In this document: positions 63,564 to 64,000 of the stretch, piece by piece
How the letters are laid out: every line of letters begins with the position of its first letter
How positions within the stretch are numbered: the stretch's first letter is position 1
Source of the DNA: an uncultured Erysipelotrichaceae bacterium
GTDB lineage: Bacteria > Bacillota_I > Bacilli_A > RF39 > UBA660
Assembly (NCBI GenBank): GCA_963535465.1
Contig: CAUSWF010000003.1
Location: forward strand, 38,112-102,111
Reading direction: 5' to 3'
Length of the DNA: 64,000 nt
Position numbers and translations under genes: made by a program
Notes under the pieces: model-generated
The model's input: only the letters and a program-made list of their open reading frames with translations
Databases searched by the model: none
What the model was told of the DNA's origin: nothing

Positions 63564-64000
63564 ATGGGAAAGATAATATCATTAGTAAATCAAAAAGGTG
63601 GAGTAGGAAAAACAACAACTAGTATAAATTTAGCAGCTTCACTAGGATATTATGGTAAAAAAGTATTATTAGTTGACCTAGATCCACAAGGTAATACGAC
63701 AACAGGAATAGGTATAAATAAAGGAAAAATAACATATAACTTGTATGATGTATTAATAGGAGCATGTAATATAAAAGATTCGATTATAGTTACAAAATTC
63801 AAAAACTTATCAGTATTACCAGCAAGTATTAATTTATCTTCATTAGAAGCAGACTTGAGAGATAAATCAGATATTATAGGGTTAAGAGGAGAACAACTAA
63901 AACATAATTTAAGTGAAGTAAAAGATGATTATGATTATATAATAGTTGATTGTCCACCAACACTATCAATATTGATAACAAATGCCTTAACAGCATCTGA
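63564..64000 (+). CDS. soj: ParA-family chromosome partitioning ATPase Soj (3' end beyond window)
   Basis: Deviant Walker A KGGVGKTT in MGKIISLVNQKGGVGKTTTSINLAA. Open to the end of the window. Confidence 0.9.
   Translation, partial: MGKIISLVNQKGGVGKTTTSINLAASLGYYGKKVLLVDLDPQGNTTTGIGINKGKITYNLYDVLIGACNIKDSIIVTKFKNLSVLPASINLSSLEADLRDKSDIIGLRGEQLKHNLSEVKDDYDYIIVDCPPTLSILITNALTAS

Overview
This window is the origin-proximal core of a very AT-rich (about 28% GC), compact Firmicute chromosome that looks Bacilli-like. It uses the standard genetic code, since UGA acts as a stop codon and the large proteins contain Trp. Running on the minus strand from high to low coordinates: dnaA-dnaN-comK-recF-gyrB-gyrA, a roughly 1-kb non-coding repeat region, SRP RNA-tadA-dnaX-ybaB-recR-holB-yaaT-trmN6-rsmI-pth-mfd, metG with a T-box leader, tatD, a 3D-domain protein, two paralogous small secreted proteins and a SipW-type signal peptidase, rsmA-spoVG-divIC-tilS-ftsH-mscL-dusB-lysS, cysS-mrnC-rlmB-sigH-like sigma, secE-nusG-rplKAJL-ybxB-rpoBC-rpsLG-fusA-tuf. 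On the plus strand: rpmH-rnpA-yidC-jag-mnmE-mnmG-rsmG, a Noc-type ParB paralog, and soj. DnaA-box clusters flank dnaA, marking oriC. The most striking element is the non-coding region between SRP RNA/tadA and gyrA (46001-46940). It is a 2.4-copy tandem repeat of about 392 bp. It carries six perfect 18-bp palindromes whose 16-bp core TGTTTCACGTGAAACA equals the ParB/Spo0J parS centromere consensus. These alternate with four perfect palindromes, plus one degenerate copy, whose core ATTTCCCGGGAAAT equals the Bacillus subtilis Noc-binding site (NBS). The window also encodes a ParB paralog at the noc position whose recognition-helix residues are Noc-type but which lacks the N-terminal membrane-targeting segment and carries a long acidic C-terminal tail. 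Other notable features: a ComK homolog sits between recF and dnaN with 10-bp-phased TGTCGA repeats upstream; a SipW-type signal peptidase with two paralogous secreted proteins is inserted between yabE and ksgA; a sigH-like sigma factor is translationally coupled to an unknown tail-anchored protein; an SRP RNA is hidden under a spurious N-terminal ORF extension of tadA. No rRNA, tRNA, CRISPR or transposase genes were seen.
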